Program-made: the position numbers and the translations under genes
Part shown: positions 41,022 to 50,244 of the stretch, in pieces
How the letters are laid out: every line of letters begins with the position of its first letter
Position numbering within the stretch: position 1 is the stretch's first letter
The notes under the pieces: model-generated
Told to the model about the DNA's origin: nothing
Databases searched by the model: none
What the model saw: only the letters and a program-made list of their open reading frames with translations
Assembly (NCBI GenBank): GCA_046704885.1
Contig: JBJKRB010000111.1
Location: 15,003 to 79,002 of the forward strand
Length of the DNA stretch: 64,000 bases
Reading direction: 5' to 3'
Source: Thermoanaerobaculia bacterium
GTDB lineage: Bacteria > Acidobacteriota > Thermoanaerobaculia > Multivoradales > JBJKRB01

Positions 41022-43612
41022 ACGTCCGAAGCACCGGGTTGCAGTGCATGCTGATGCAAGACGTGAGGGAGACTGGGTGCGATCGGCAGCGACAATGGAG
41101 GCGCAAAGACACCCGCCAGGGGACGGAGATCCGGTCCCAGCGCCTTGACCGTCTGAAAGCGAATGGAGGTCGGACCGGAAGCGAGCGCCTTGAATGTGAT
41201 TCGCAGGAGCTCGCCGCGACCGGTGACTCCCGGTATTCCCCCCAGACGGCTTGCGCCCACCACCAGTCGCCCGGGAACGGACGAGTCCGTCATCAGCGAC
41301 GAGCTCGCCGGGCCGCCGAAGAACGCTCCGCGCTCGACACCCACCACCGCCAAGTGCTGAGGATCGTAAGTCAAGGTCGCGGGCAGGTGTGAAATCGGCT
41401 CATGGGCGTCGACGGTCAAGGGAACCGAAAACGTCGATCCGACCTTGACCCCGTTCGCGGGGGACCCGAGCGTGACACTAATCGGCGCGAGCGGTGCGAC
41501 AGCCGGCTCGTAACTCGCCAAGACGATCCGGCCCGAATTGTTGCCAGGGAAATGCTCGCCACCGGTCGGGGCTCCCAGAAACGCCACCGGTTCCGGCCCT
41601 GGAGGCGGAGCTTCTTGATCTTGCTGATCGGGTGGAGTCGCCGGCTTCTCCGGCTTGGGCTCGGTGTTCCCTTCGAAGAGGTTCGACGGCGTCGAAGGAT
41701 TCGCGAGGTCCTTCCCTTTGGGGGCCTCCGGCTGGGCCTTCTCCTGGCTCTGGGTGTTCGCTCTATTGTTCCGCCTTGCCCGCGCGCCCGCCCGGCCACG
41801 GCGCACGCCTCTCGGCAGCTCCTCGAGACGACGACGAATCATCTGCTGGATCTGTTGGCGCTCGCCTCCCCCGAAGGGTCCCTCTTGGGGTGAGCCGACC
41901 TCGGGGCTTCCCCCGCGCAGGGAGAAGTTGGTCGCCGTTCCCACCCAGATCGGAAGCAGGTCCTGCTCGGTAATGTTGGCCGTGCGGATGATGTGTGGAG
42001 TAAGGGTGAGCACGAGATCCGTACGATGCCGGTCGGCATGAGTCTTCGAGAACAGGCGGCCGAGAACCGGGATGTCGCTGAGCCCTGGAATACCGTTCTC
42101 GGTGTCGGAATCATCGGTACGGATAAGACCGGCAAGGAGGTTGGTCTCACCGTCCTTGAGGCGAATGGTCGACGAGATGGCCCGCGTCCCGATGATCGGT
42201 TGCTGTTGTCCACCCGATCCCTGAACGTAACCCGAGAGGTTCGAGACGTCGATCTTCAGCTTCAGCGTGATCTCCTGGTTGTGGTGGATCCGGGGAGTGA
42301 TCTCGATCTGGATGCCCGTGTCCTTGTACTGGAACGAGGTGATGGGAACGATGTTCCCGCCCACCGTTTGCGCGGTGTTGAAGGTCGTGACGGGGATCGG
42401 AATGCTGTCGCCAATATGCAGGGTGGCCTTTTCGCCGTCGCTGATCCGGATGCGGGGATGAGCCAGAAGCTGGGCGTCGGAGCTGTTCTTGATGAAACTG
42501 TAGACGAAGCTCGGAATGCTCAGGACCCAGTCGTTCTGGTTGAGCGAGGAGAGATCGGAGAGCCGCACTCCGGAGCTGCCACTCCCGGTATCGAGCGTCT
42601 GCGTAACCTGATAGTTGCTCAAGGCGAGCCCAAGGTCGCGCAGCTTGCTCGTGTCGACCTGCAAGAGCTCCACATCGACAACCACTTCGCCGCGCGACTT
42701 GTCGTTAGCCTCGATGATTCTCTGCGCCACCCGTACCTTGTCGGCGGTGTCACGCACGATGATCGCATTCTGCTGCTCGTTGGCCGCGATATTGCGGGCG
42801 TCGATCAAGCTCCGCAGCATCGTCATTACGTCTTTGACGTCGGCATTGGACAAGAAGAACGTCTGGATTTCAAGATCCTCGTAGTTGCGGCGGTTTTGCG
42901 GCGTATCGGCTGCGATCAGGATGGTATGCGGGTCGATCACCTTGTAAAAATGCTGCGCCGCTCGCATCAACGTCTCGAGCGCCTTCTTCGCGGTCATGTC
43001 CTTCAACGTGATCGCGATTTTCTCGTCTTTGAGGTTCGGATCGAAAACGATGTTGATTCCAAAGGCCTTTCCCAAGGCGCGATAGATGTCGAAGATCGGC
43101 ACCGGCTTCGGGAAGGAAAGCGAGATGGGCTCTTTGGAGCGTGGATTGAGCACCGGTGGCTGGCTGTCCAGCTCCGCCTTCTTCTTGAGCTGATCGAGGG
43201 TCATCTGCCCATCCTCTTTGGCCCGCCGCGCGATGTCGGCGCGGACCTTCGCGAGCTCGACCATGGCGTACTGATTGGTGGGATCGAGCTGCACCGCTTG
43301 CTTGTACTCCACCATCGCGCGTTCGAGAACGCCTGCGTCCTGGTACGCCTTGCCCCTCTTGAAATGCTCCTCGGAGGCCTTGGTCCTGGCCTCGAGAAGC
43401 GCCGTTCGGTAGCGCACGTTCGTCGGGTCCTGCTCCAGCGCCTTCATGTAGGCAAAGACGGCGTCGTCCCAGTTACCGCTTTGCTCCGCGACCTGTGCCT
43501 TACGCTGGGTGCGGAGCGTTGCGCAACCAGCGAGCGACAGGGCCGCGAGCAAGACGATGAGCAGCGATCTCGAAGTTCTCTGCATGGCGGTGACCTCTAT
43601 CTTGAAATTCAT
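41018..43612 (-). CDS. Secretin (GspD/PilQ family) lipoprotein with N-terminal TPR region and C-terminal cohesin-like domain
   Basis: 864 aa with a lipobox (LSLAGC) and TPR-like helices (AVFAYMKALEQDPTNVRYR...). Secretin_N repeats are present (NAIIVRDTADKVRVAQRIIEANDK), as is the secretin core (LLAHPRIRISDGEKATLHIG...LVLTLTPHII). A Pro/Gln-rich linker leads to the cohesin-like end (GSTFSVPLTVDAHEPISHLPATLTYDPQHLAVVGVERG). Confidence 0.9.
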   Translation of the reverse strand: MNFKIEVTAMQRTSRSLLIVLLAALSLAGCATLRTQRKAQVAEQSGNWDDAVFAYMKALEQDPTNVRYRTALLEARTKASEEHFKRGKAYQDAGVLERAMVEYKQAVQLDPTNQYAMVELAKVRADIARRAKEDGQMTLDQLKKKAELDSQPPVLNPRSKEPISLSFPKPVPIFDIYRALGKAFGINIVFDPNLKDEKIAITLKDMTAKKALETLMRAAQHFYKVIDPHTILIAADTPQNRRNYEDLEIQTFFLSNADVKDVMTMLRSLIDARNIAANEQQNAIIVRDTADKVRVAQRIIEANDKSRGEVVVDVELLQVDTSKLRDLGLALSNYQVTQTLDTGSGSSGVRLSDLSSLNQNDWVLSIPSFVYSFIKNSSDAQLLAHPRIRISDGEKATLHIGDSIPIPVTTFNTAQTVGGNIVPITSFQYKDTGIQIEITPRIHHNQEITLKLKIDVSNLSGYVQGSGGQQQPIIGTRAISSTIRLKDGETNLLAGLIRTDDSDTENGIPGLSDIPVLGRLFSKTHADRHRTDLVLTLTPHIIRTANITEQDLLPIWVGTATNFSLRGGSPEVGSPQEGPFGGGERQQIQQMIRRRLEELPRGVRRGRAGARARRNNRANTQSQEKAQPEAPKGKDLANPSTPSNLFEGNTEPKPEKPATPPDQQDQEAPPPGPEPVAFLGAPTGGEHFPGNNSGRIVLASYEPAVAPLAPISVTLGSPANGVKVGSTFSVPLTVDAHEPISHLPATLTYDPQHLAVVGVERGAFFGGPASSSLMTDSSVPGRLVVGASRLGGIPGVTGRGELLRITFKALASGPTSIRFQTVKALGPDLRPLAGVFAPPLSLPIAPSLPHVLHQHALQPGASDV

Positions 43613-43627
43613 GACTCCCGGCCTTCA

Positions 43628-44179
43628 TCAGCCCCCAATTGGCAACCGCTGGGGAGGAGCGTCGGGAAAGCCGACGAACGCGATATCAACGGATTCGTAC
43701 CCGATCTTGGCGACGATGAACTTGCCCTCCAGGACGTCTCCTTCGAAGGCGTTGTAAATGTTCTTCCCATCTGTAAACACGGCGATCTGACGATCGTCCG
43801 GACCGAAGCTGCCGAGATAGCTGAGATCGATCTCCGGCGGGCGCGGTTTGGCGGGCGCTGTCTCGACCGGTGGTGGTGGCGGCGGCGTCTTGGCCGCCAC
43901 CTTCGGAGGAGGGGGCGGCGCGGGCTCGGGCGCGTAGCGAAACAGATCGCGTCCACCGCGGTATACCGCGGGTTGATGCTCGAGCGCGGCCAAGGCGAGA
44001 GTATCGGCGTGGGTTACCAACTTGCTGGATCTCTTGCCCGTCCGGCTGCTCGCGGTAACCACGCTCGCTACCGCGGGTCCCCCGGAGGATAGCCACCCAC
44101 GCAGCAGCCGCCAGCCTCCAAACAGCGCCACGATCACCAGGACGGCGAGCAGGACCCGCCGGCGTTCAGCCCCGCTCAC
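43628..44179 (-). CDS. PilP-like pilus/secretin-coupling protein (TM, Pro-rich linker, beta-domain)
   Basis: A GTG start at 44179 follows a GGAGGG SD and forms a GTGA overlap with the upstream stop. It has a TM (VLLAVLVIVALFGGW), a PPPPPKVAAKTPPPPPP linker and a C-terminal segment (IAVFTDGKNIYNAFEGDVLEGKFIVAKIGYESVDI). Confidence 0.6.
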   Translation of the reverse strand: MSGAERRRVLLAVLVIVALFGGWRLLRGWLSSGGPAVASVVTASSRTGKRSSKLVTHADTLALAALEHQPAVYRGGRDLFRYAPEPAPPPPPKVAAKTPPPPPPVETAPAKPRPPEIDLSYLGSFGPDDRQIAVFTDGKNIYNAFEGDVLEGKFIVAKIGYESVDIAFVGFPDAPPQRLPIGG

Positions 44180-44787
44180 GCGTTCCCTCCGGCGTGTTTC
44201 AGCGGGTGGTGGGGCGCGGGGCCCTCGGCAAACCAAGTCGAGATGCGCAAGTTGATCTGCAACTGATCTCCTTGGCGCGCCATTCCGCCGGACTCGCTCA
44301 AGCTCACCTCCTCCAAGATCAAGAAGGAGTTCGAGAGCTCGAGCAGATTGACAAGTTGTCTCAAATCGTCGTACGTTCCGCGCACGCCAAAAACGATCGA
44401 TCTCTTGGCAAGACCGTAGTCCTCGAAGGCTTGCTCGGGGTAGCTGATCGCCGTCGGCTCCAAGCCAGCTCGCTTCGCCAGTCCCTTGACCTCGGCGATG
44501 ATCTTGGTCAGACGCTCACTCTCCGTCCCGAGCCGCTTCGAGTAGAAATCGTCCACCTCCTGCTCGGTGCGTTTGGCATCACTCTGGGCTTTGCGCAGTT
44601 CCGCTTCTTGCTTCTCGATGTGCGCAAGCTCCAACTGGCTCGCTTCGAGCCGCTGCTGGACTGCGCTCACCCGACCGGCGAAGACGAGCTGGTAGGTCCC
44701 CAGGAAAACGAGGTTCAAGACCAGAAAGGCAAGCGCTGGCACCCAGAGACGGGTCCGCTCGCGGAAGGCTTCGCCCAACGGCCTCAC
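44176..44787 (-). CDS. PilO-like assembly protein
   Basis: 203 aa with one TM, a coiled-coil and a C-terminal ferredoxin-like region. It lies between the PilN-like and PilP-like genes with 4-nt overlaps. Confidence 0.65.
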   Translation of the reverse strand: MRPLGEAFRERTRLWVPALAFLVLNLVFLGTYQLVFAGRVSAVQQRLEASQLELAHIEKQEAELRKAQSDAKRTEQEVDDFYSKRLGTESERLTKIIAEVKGLAKRAGLEPTAISYPEQAFEDYGLAKRSIVFGVRGTYDDLRQLVNLLELSNSFLILEEVSLSESGGMARQGDQLQINLRISTWFAEGPAPHHPLKHAGGNA

Positions 44788-45470
44788 GACTTGGTCCCCT
44801 CTTTAGATTGCGGCTTCTCCGCCGCCTTGTGAGCCGCCGGAGCGGCCGGCGCCTTGGCGCTCGGCGCCTCCGCGCCCGGCTGGTACTTGACCGTCATGCT
44901 GAAGCGTAGGTCCCCGCTCCGCTCTCTCGACTCATGGGAAGGGTTGGGATCGTCAAAAGCCTTGTTGTGGAAGAGCGCATCGATGAAGTCGAGCATGTCC
45001 TTCCCGGACTTGGCCTCGCCTTCCACCGCGAGCTGAATTTGGTTCGTCTTCCGACGGGCGCTCTCGGCCTCATCGCGTATCCCTCCTACCGGAAAGTGCG
45101 GTGCCAGGCGCAGAAGGCGAGCGTCCCGCGGCAGAGCCTCGCTCAGGCGATCGAAGAGGAAGCTCCACGAAAAGGCGCGCTGGTCGATCTGATCGTTGAG
45201 AAACTCGACCTGTTTGTTCTGCCACCCGAGATCCGATGATCGCAACACAGCCTCCGTTCGGGCTACTCGCGCCTGACCCTCGGTGACTTGCGACTTGACG
45301 CGCGCCAGCGCCTCGCTCTTGTTGCCAAAACCGGAGAAGTAGCCCCAGTAGAGGTATCCATTCCCCAGCGCCAGGAGGCCTCCGAGCACCCAGAAAAGAA
45401 TCGCCGCTCGCACTACCGGGCGCTGGTTGATGAACGGCCGTCGCGCCAAGTTGAGACCGACGTGCTTCAC
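44784..45470 (-). CDS. PilN-like assembly protein
   Basis: 228 aa with an N-terminus (HVGLNLARRPFINQRP) and a TM matching the conserved PilN INLLP-type start. Confidence 0.7.
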   Translation of the reverse strand: MKHVGLNLARRPFINQRPVVRAAILFWVLGGLLALGNGYLYWGYFSGFGNKSEALARVKSQVTEGQARVARTEAVLRSSDLGWQNKQVEFLNDQIDQRAFSWSFLFDRLSEALPRDARLLRLAPHFPVGGIRDEAESARRKTNQIQLAVEGEAKSGKDMLDFIDALFHNKAFDDPNPSHESRERSGDLRFSMTVKYQPGAEAPSAKAPAAPAAHKAAEKPQSKEGTKS

Positions 45471-46447
45471 ATCACCTCCTGCGCCGCGGCGCCCAACAAG
45501 GGCGCGACCTCCATGAGACTGACCGATGGCAGCTCGCCGGCTAGCGGTAGCTCGCTGGCACGCAGAGGCTCCACGACCGCACCAAAGGCGGCGCTCAGGA
45601 GCTCTTGCCAGGCAGGCTCGTCGCCCGGCGACCCGAGCAGCCAGACGCGCCCAAGCGACTTGTCCTCGAAATGATTCTCGATAAAGGTCGTAGTCAACCG
45701 CAAATCCTGTTCCACCGCTGCCTTCTGGCGGGGCTCGCCGAGCGTGCCAAGCAGAGTTTTCACGCGATAGAGGAGCAGCCCGCGCTCGTCACTCAACAAG
45801 AGGGTGTACGAATCTGGGCGCACGATCATCACTGCGGTCAGGCTCTGTTCCTCCTCGCGTGGCAGAGCCGGTAAGAGAGCGAGGCTCTCGTTCGCGATCC
45901 AACCGATTCTCACACCTCGTCTGGCGAACGCCGCTTCGAGCTGTCCGAGAAGGTTCTCGATCGCGAAGCCGAGAAGAATCCTCAGCGGCTCTTCCTGTCC
46001 GGGCAAGGGGGGCGCCTCGGCCGCCCCGATTCGCAGATCATCGACCCGAAAAGGTACCAGCCTTCGCAGTTTCCAGCGCAACACCTCGTTGCGCTCGCTT
46101 TGCTTCCTGGGAAGGGCGTTTATCTCGGTAAAAACCGTCCGCAGCCACGCCTCGGGCAAGACCAGAGAAGCCTCCGGGACCGCAACCGAGACCTTTGAGA
46201 GCAGCTCATCGAGCGACAAGTCGAACGAGTCACGATCGCGCAAGGGACCGCCCAAGGGTCCGGGAAGAAAATTCTCCGGCTTGAGCTCGACGCGGCGGAA
46301 CTCGTTGAAGCGGAACTTCGAATCGGTCGCCTCGAAGCGGGCGTACGAGATCGTGGCGCCATCGACCGCAAAGACATGCGGCGGAGCGGAGACCGCACCG
46401 ACCCCGGTCAAGCGCTTAATCCACGAAGGTGACTTTATTGATCTCAC
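45467..46447 (-). CDS. PilM/GspL-like cytoplasmic actin-fold assembly protein
   Basis: 326 aa and soluble, sitting directly upstream of the PilN-like gene. I saw no clear nucleotide-binding motifs. The start is uncertain because it overlaps the ATPase gene by 32 nt. Confidence 0.6.
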   Translation of the reverse strand: MRSIKSPSWIKRLTGVGAVSAPPHVFAVDGATISYARFEATDSKFRFNEFRRVELKPENFLPGPLGGPLRDRDSFDLSLDELLSKVSVAVPEASLVLPEAWLRTVFTEINALPRKQSERNEVLRWKLRRLVPFRVDDLRIGAAEAPPLPGQEEPLRILLGFAIENLLGQLEAAFARRGVRIGWIANESLALLPALPREEEQSLTAVMIVRPDSYTLLLSDERGLLLYRVKTLLGTLGEPRQKAAVEQDLRLTTTFIENHFEDKSLGRVWLLGSPGDEPAWQELLSAAFGAVVEPLRASELPLAGELPSVSLMEVAPLLGAAAQEVM

Positions 46448-48056
46448 GAAGCGTGGTTACCCCCTGAAAGACCTTCTCAAGCGCCGATTCGCGCAGAAAT
46501 ACCATCCCCTCTTCCTTGGCGGCTCGTTTGATTTCGGACGCCGGCCGGCGAGCCAGAATGAGCTCGCGAATGCGATCCGAAAGATCGAGGAGCTCGGAGA
46601 TCGCCAAGCGGCCGTGGAACCCGGCGCCATTGCACTCGATGCACCCCGCGCCCTCGTAGAAGGTGTACCCGCCATAGACCTCGGGATCCAGACCGCTCAC
46701 CTCGAGCAGCTCCGGAGATACCTTGGCGGGACGCCGGCAATGGTCGCAGATCCTGCGCACCAGACGCTGGGCCAGGACGCAGTTGAGCGCCGAGACGAAG
46801 TTGTAGGGATCGACCTTCATGTGGAGAAATCGTCCCAGAACGTCGACGACGTTGTTGGCGTGCACTGTGGTAAAGACCAGGTGCCCGGTCAGTGCCGCTT
46901 GAATGGCGATCTGCGCCGTCTCCTCGTCGCGGATCTCCCCCACCATCACCTTGTCCGGGTCATGGCGCAGAATCGAACGCAGCCCGCGGGCGAAGGTCAG
47001 CCCCTTCTTTTCGTTGACGGGGATCTGAGTGATCCCGCCGAGCTGATACTCGACGGGGTCCTCGATGGTGATGATCTTGTCCTCCGACGATTGGATCTCG
47101 GCCAGACAGGCGTAGAGCGTGGTGGTCTTTCCTGAGCCTGTGGGCCCGGTCACCAGCACCATGCCGTACGGCTCACGAATGAACTTGCGCAACTTGCGCA
47201 TCGTGTCCTCGTCGAAACCAAGGACATCCAGGCGCAGGTTCTTGAACTCCTTGTTCATCGACTCTTTGTCGAGAATCCGGATTACGCAGTCCTCGCCATG
47301 AACCGAGGGCATGATGGAGACGCGAAAGTCGATGGTGCGCCCCTTCAGGCGTAGCTTGAAGCGGCCATCCTGCGGCACCCGCTTCTCGGCGATGTCGAGC
47401 TCCGACATCACCTTGATTCGGCTGATGATCGCCTGGTGATAACGCTTGTCGATAGGCTCCATCGCGTGGTACAGGACCCCGTCGATCCGATACTTGATCA
47501 GCACCTCGTTTTCGCCGGTCTCGATATGGATATCGCTTGCCCGGCGCTGGATCGCGTTGAAGAGAGTCGAATCGACGAGCTTGATGATCGGGCTCGTGTC
47601 CGAGGTAATGCTGTCGATGGACAGAACCTCGTCGCCGTCCTCGCCCTCCTGCACGAGCTGGATCCGGAAGTCCTCGGTCGCTTCGTCGAGCACTCGCTGC
47701 GTACTCTCGGACTTCTGAAGAATTTCCTCGATCGCGGTGCGCGCGCCGACCTTGACCTCGAGTGACTGACCGAGGAGAAGCTCGAGCTCGTCGAGCTTGG
47801 TCACATCGGAGGGGTCGGCCATCACTACCGCCAGCCGACCGTCGTGGCGCTCCTCGGGAATGAAGGTGTAGCGCAGCATGAGGTCGATGGGTATCGAGCG
47901 AAAGAGATTGCTGTTGATCCGGAACTTCCCCACGTCCACGAGCTCGAGACCAAGGGCGCGCGCGATCTCAGAAGCTTCCTGCTCCTCCTTTGCCCGGCGC
48001 TCCTGTTGGTCTTCCAGGCTCTGGACGATGGTGTCCGGATCGTTGATGTCCGTCAT
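46416..48056 (-). CDS. Type II secretion / type IV pilus assembly ATPase (GspE/PilB family)
   Basis: 546 aa with a T2SSE_N-type N-domain, Walker A (VTGPTGSGKTTT), Asp box, Walker B (MVGEIRD), His box and a tetracysteine site (CDHC...CIEC). Confidence 0.95.
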   Translation of the reverse strand: MTDINDPDTIVQSLEDQQERRAKEEQEASEIARALGLELVDVGKFRINSNLFRSIPIDLMLRYTFIPEERHDGRLAVVMADPSDVTKLDELELLLGQSLEVKVGARTAIEEILQKSESTQRVLDEATEDFRIQLVQEGEDGDEVLSIDSITSDTSPIIKLVDSTLFNAIQRRASDIHIETGENEVLIKYRIDGVLYHAMEPIDKRYHQAIISRIKVMSELDIAEKRVPQDGRFKLRLKGRTIDFRVSIMPSVHGEDCVIRILDKESMNKEFKNLRLDVLGFDEDTMRKLRKFIREPYGMVLVTGPTGSGKTTTLYACLAEIQSSEDKIITIEDPVEYQLGGITQIPVNEKKGLTFARGLRSILRHDPDKVMVGEIRDEETAQIAIQAALTGHLVFTTVHANNVVDVLGRFLHMKVDPYNFVSALNCVLAQRLVRRICDHCRRPAKVSPELLEVSGLDPEVYGGYTFYEGAGCIECNGAGFHGRLAISELLDLSDRIRELILARRPASEIKRAAKEEGMVFLRESALEKVFQGVTTLREINKVTFVD

Positions 48057-48122
48057 GAGTCCATCCCTCGCCTCGCTGTCGTCTTCACCACCGCCGTCAA
48101 CGCTAAATCCTCACGCACCGGA

Positions 48123-49340
48123 TCAGAAGCTCCCCTGGCCGAGCACGCTGTACATCGGCAGATAAACGGAAATAAGCAACGTGGCGACGATGATACCCAT
48201 CAGCACCAGCATGATCGGCTCGATCAGGGTCAACAGGCGCTGCAACTTGGTCTCGACCTCTTCGTCGATGAATTCAGAGAGGTCAGAAAGCATGGTCGCG
48301 AGGGCGCCGGTCGCCTCGCCCACTTTCACCATGTCGACGGCGATCGGAGAGAAGACCCCGCTGTCTTCCAGGGCTTGGTTCAAAGGTTCGCCTTCCTTCA
48401 CCGCCTGAATCGACGGGACGAGCTTCTGCCTGACGAAGCTGTTTCCGACCGCTCCGATCGAAGTCTCGAGCGACGGTACGAGCGGGATTCCTCCCGCCAA
48501 CAAGGTAGACAGAGCGCGCGTCATCTCGGACAGGGCAAAGCGATGGTAGATCCCTCCCAGCACAGGCAGCGAGAGCTTCCAACGATCCACCGCCTGGCGC
48601 CCGGTCGCGGTCTTCGTCCAACGCTGAATGGAGAACGTCAGCACAACGACCACGACCAAGAAGAAAGGCCAATTCTGCCGCAGAAATGCGGAGATCGCCA
48701 GAGTGGCGGTGGTGAGCATGGGCAGGTGGGCATTCATGTCCCTGTAGAGCATCCTGAACTTCGGAACCACGTAGATCATCATGATGACGATCATGATCGT
48801 CGATACCGTCAAAAGGACGGCCGGATAAACCAGGGCGGAGGTGACCCGCTTGCGGGCATCGAGCAGCAGCTCCTGGTAGCGCACGAAACGTCGAATCACG
48901 AGCTCGAGCTCACCGCTTCTCTCCCCGGCTTTCAGGCTCGAAGAGTAGAGTGGCGGAAAGACGTGCCCGAACTTGCCCACGGCGTCGGAGAGCTCTTCTC
49001 CCGTTCTCACGCCGTCACGAATCTCGGTAAGAACGTTGCGAAAGAAAGGATCACGCTGACGCTCGAGCATCAAGTCCAGCGCTTGTAGGAGCGGCAGGCC
49101 GGCCTTGAGCAGCGTCGCCAGCTCCTTGTTGAAGATCAGCAGCGTCCGCGCCGGAATATGGCGACGATGACGCAGAAGCTTGGGCAGGGCGAGATGCGGC
49201 GCCAAGCTGCGGGCGCGAAGGTCGAATACGTGATACCCCTCGCGCTCGAGCTCCCGTCGCAACAGGTCCTCGTCGCGCGCTTCGCGCACCTCCTCGCGCA
49301 CCCTTCCATCTGGAGTTCCCAATCGGCAGACGAACTCCAT
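48123..49340 (-). CDS. Type II secretion / type IV pilus platform protein (GspF/PilC family)
   Basis: The internal Met at 49340 is preceded by an AAGGAGAA RBS. The protein is 405 aa with two T2SSF repeats, three TMs and a C-terminal IVATLLISVYLPMYSV segment. Confidence 0.92.
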   Translation of the reverse strand: MEFVCRLGTPDGRVREEVREARDEDLLRRELEREGYHVFDLRARSLAPHLALPKLLRHRRHIPARTLLIFNKELATLLKAGLPLLQALDLMLERQRDPFFRNVLTEIRDGVRTGEELSDAVGKFGHVFPPLYSSSLKAGERSGELELVIRRFVRYQELLLDARKRVTSALVYPAVLLTVSTIMIVIMMIYVVPKFRMLYRDMNAHLPMLTTATLAISAFLRQNWPFFLVVVVVLTFSIQRWTKTATGRQAVDRWKLSLPVLGGIYHRFALSEMTRALSTLLAGGIPLVPSLETSIGAVGNSFVRQKLVPSIQAVKEGEPLNQALEDSGVFSPIAVDMVKVGEATGALATMLSDLSEFIDEEVETKLQRLLTLIEPIMLVLMGIIVATLLISVYLPMYSVLGQGSF

Positions 49341-49434
49341 CAGTTCTCCTTGCCTCGCGCCACGTCGGCGGTGGGCGCGGACGGGTGGCGCTCCCATAGA
49401 AGCGCTGGGGTCATCGGATTCCAGCCCTCTCTTC

Positions 49435-50244
49435 TCACCTTTTCTTCCCCTCCAGCGTGCCGTTGACAACGACCATGAGCGCGTGTTTGCTCGCCTCGTC
49501 TCGGGTCAATCCCAGAATCAGCGGCTCGGAGAGCCAGAGATTGAGGTCGGCGTGGACCAACGGTTTGCTCTCCTTGCCGTTCCTCCTCGCTCCGCGCTCG
49601 ATGGTGAACCCCCGTAGCTTGAGGCGCTGGCGAATCGCCGTGCCCAAGCGGAAGCGGACACGATAGACCGGACCGAGATCGTAGCTTACGCTTTCTCCCT
49701 CTCGCGTATGAAGCGTCGCTTGGGCCAGTACCCGATAGGCATCGAAGCGCAGAAGCTCATGGAGCTGCCGCATGAGCGCCGGTGCGAGGGCGGGCGACAT
49801 CGCTGTCGGTAAGCCACGTGGCCCAGCCTCGATCATCTGAAGCTCCAAGCGGATCGGCCTCGGTGGATGATCGAAGGCCATCAGAACCGAAATGATCCGG
49901 TGCAGGGCGTCCGCTCGATCCCGTATCACCAAGGTGTTTGTTTCAGGCTGCAGCTCCACCGTACCCCGCACACTCAAGAGCGGATACACCAAGGGAAGCG
50001 CATCGCGTGCCGTCTGATAGCGAAAGCTGTATGCATGAAGCACGACCGCCGGAGGGCGCCGAGGAGTGAGCGCGGGCGAGACTCGCGCCTGCTCGGCGGC
50101 TTCCCCGGCTACCGGCAGCACGAGAATCAGAGCGACGAGAGACGCGGAGCGAAGGAACCCCGAGCTGCGCAACCGCGCAGGTGAGAGCGCGGCCCTGGAG
50201 GCGACAAGCATAGAATTTGCTGGACGGAGCTGCCTAGACGTCAA
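49435..50244 (-). CDS. Short secretin-like protein (one Secretin_N/NolW-like domain plus a truncated secretin-core-like region)
   Basis: 269 aa with a signal/anchor segment (LVALILVLPVAGEA). The Secretin_N pattern is YSFRYQTARDALPLVYPLL...ETNTLVIRDRADALHRIISVLMAFD. This is followed by IRLELQMIEA and YRVLAQATLHTREGESVSY, which resemble the start of the secretin core. Confidence 0.6.
   Translation of the reverse strand: MTSRQLRPANSMLVASRAALSPARLRSSGFLRSASLVALILVLPVAGEAAEQARVSPALTPRRPPAVVLHAYSFRYQTARDALPLVYPLLSVRGTVELQPETNTLVIRDRADALHRIISVLMAFDHPPRPIRLELQMIEAGPRGLPTAMSPALAPALMRQLHELLRFDAYRVLAQATLHTREGESVSYDLGPVYRVRFRLGTAIRQRLKLRGFTIERGARRNGKESKPLVHADLNLWLSEPLILGLTRDEASKHALMVVVNGTLEGKKR

Noticed and set aside
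41993-44092. 699-aa ORF antisense to the secretin and PilP-like genes
   Set aside because: It is a shadow ORF, because the opposite strand carries unmistakable secretin motifs and operon-style overlaps.
45804-49088. Long plus-strand ORFs (45804..47135, 47844..49088) opposite the PilM-like, GspE and GspF genes
   Set aside because: They are shadow ORFs, since the minus-strand products have Walker boxes and T2SSF repeats.
48123-49469. N-terminal extensions of track ORFs for GspF (to 49469), AccC (to 58890), waaA (from 51489), GT9 (from 54267), the porin (from 25660) and the SDR (from 55636)
   Set aside because: In each case an internal start gives family-typical N-termini, usually with an SD sequence or a 1-4 nt overlap with the upstream stop. 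The extensions are Arg/Gly-rich and overlap neighbouring genes.
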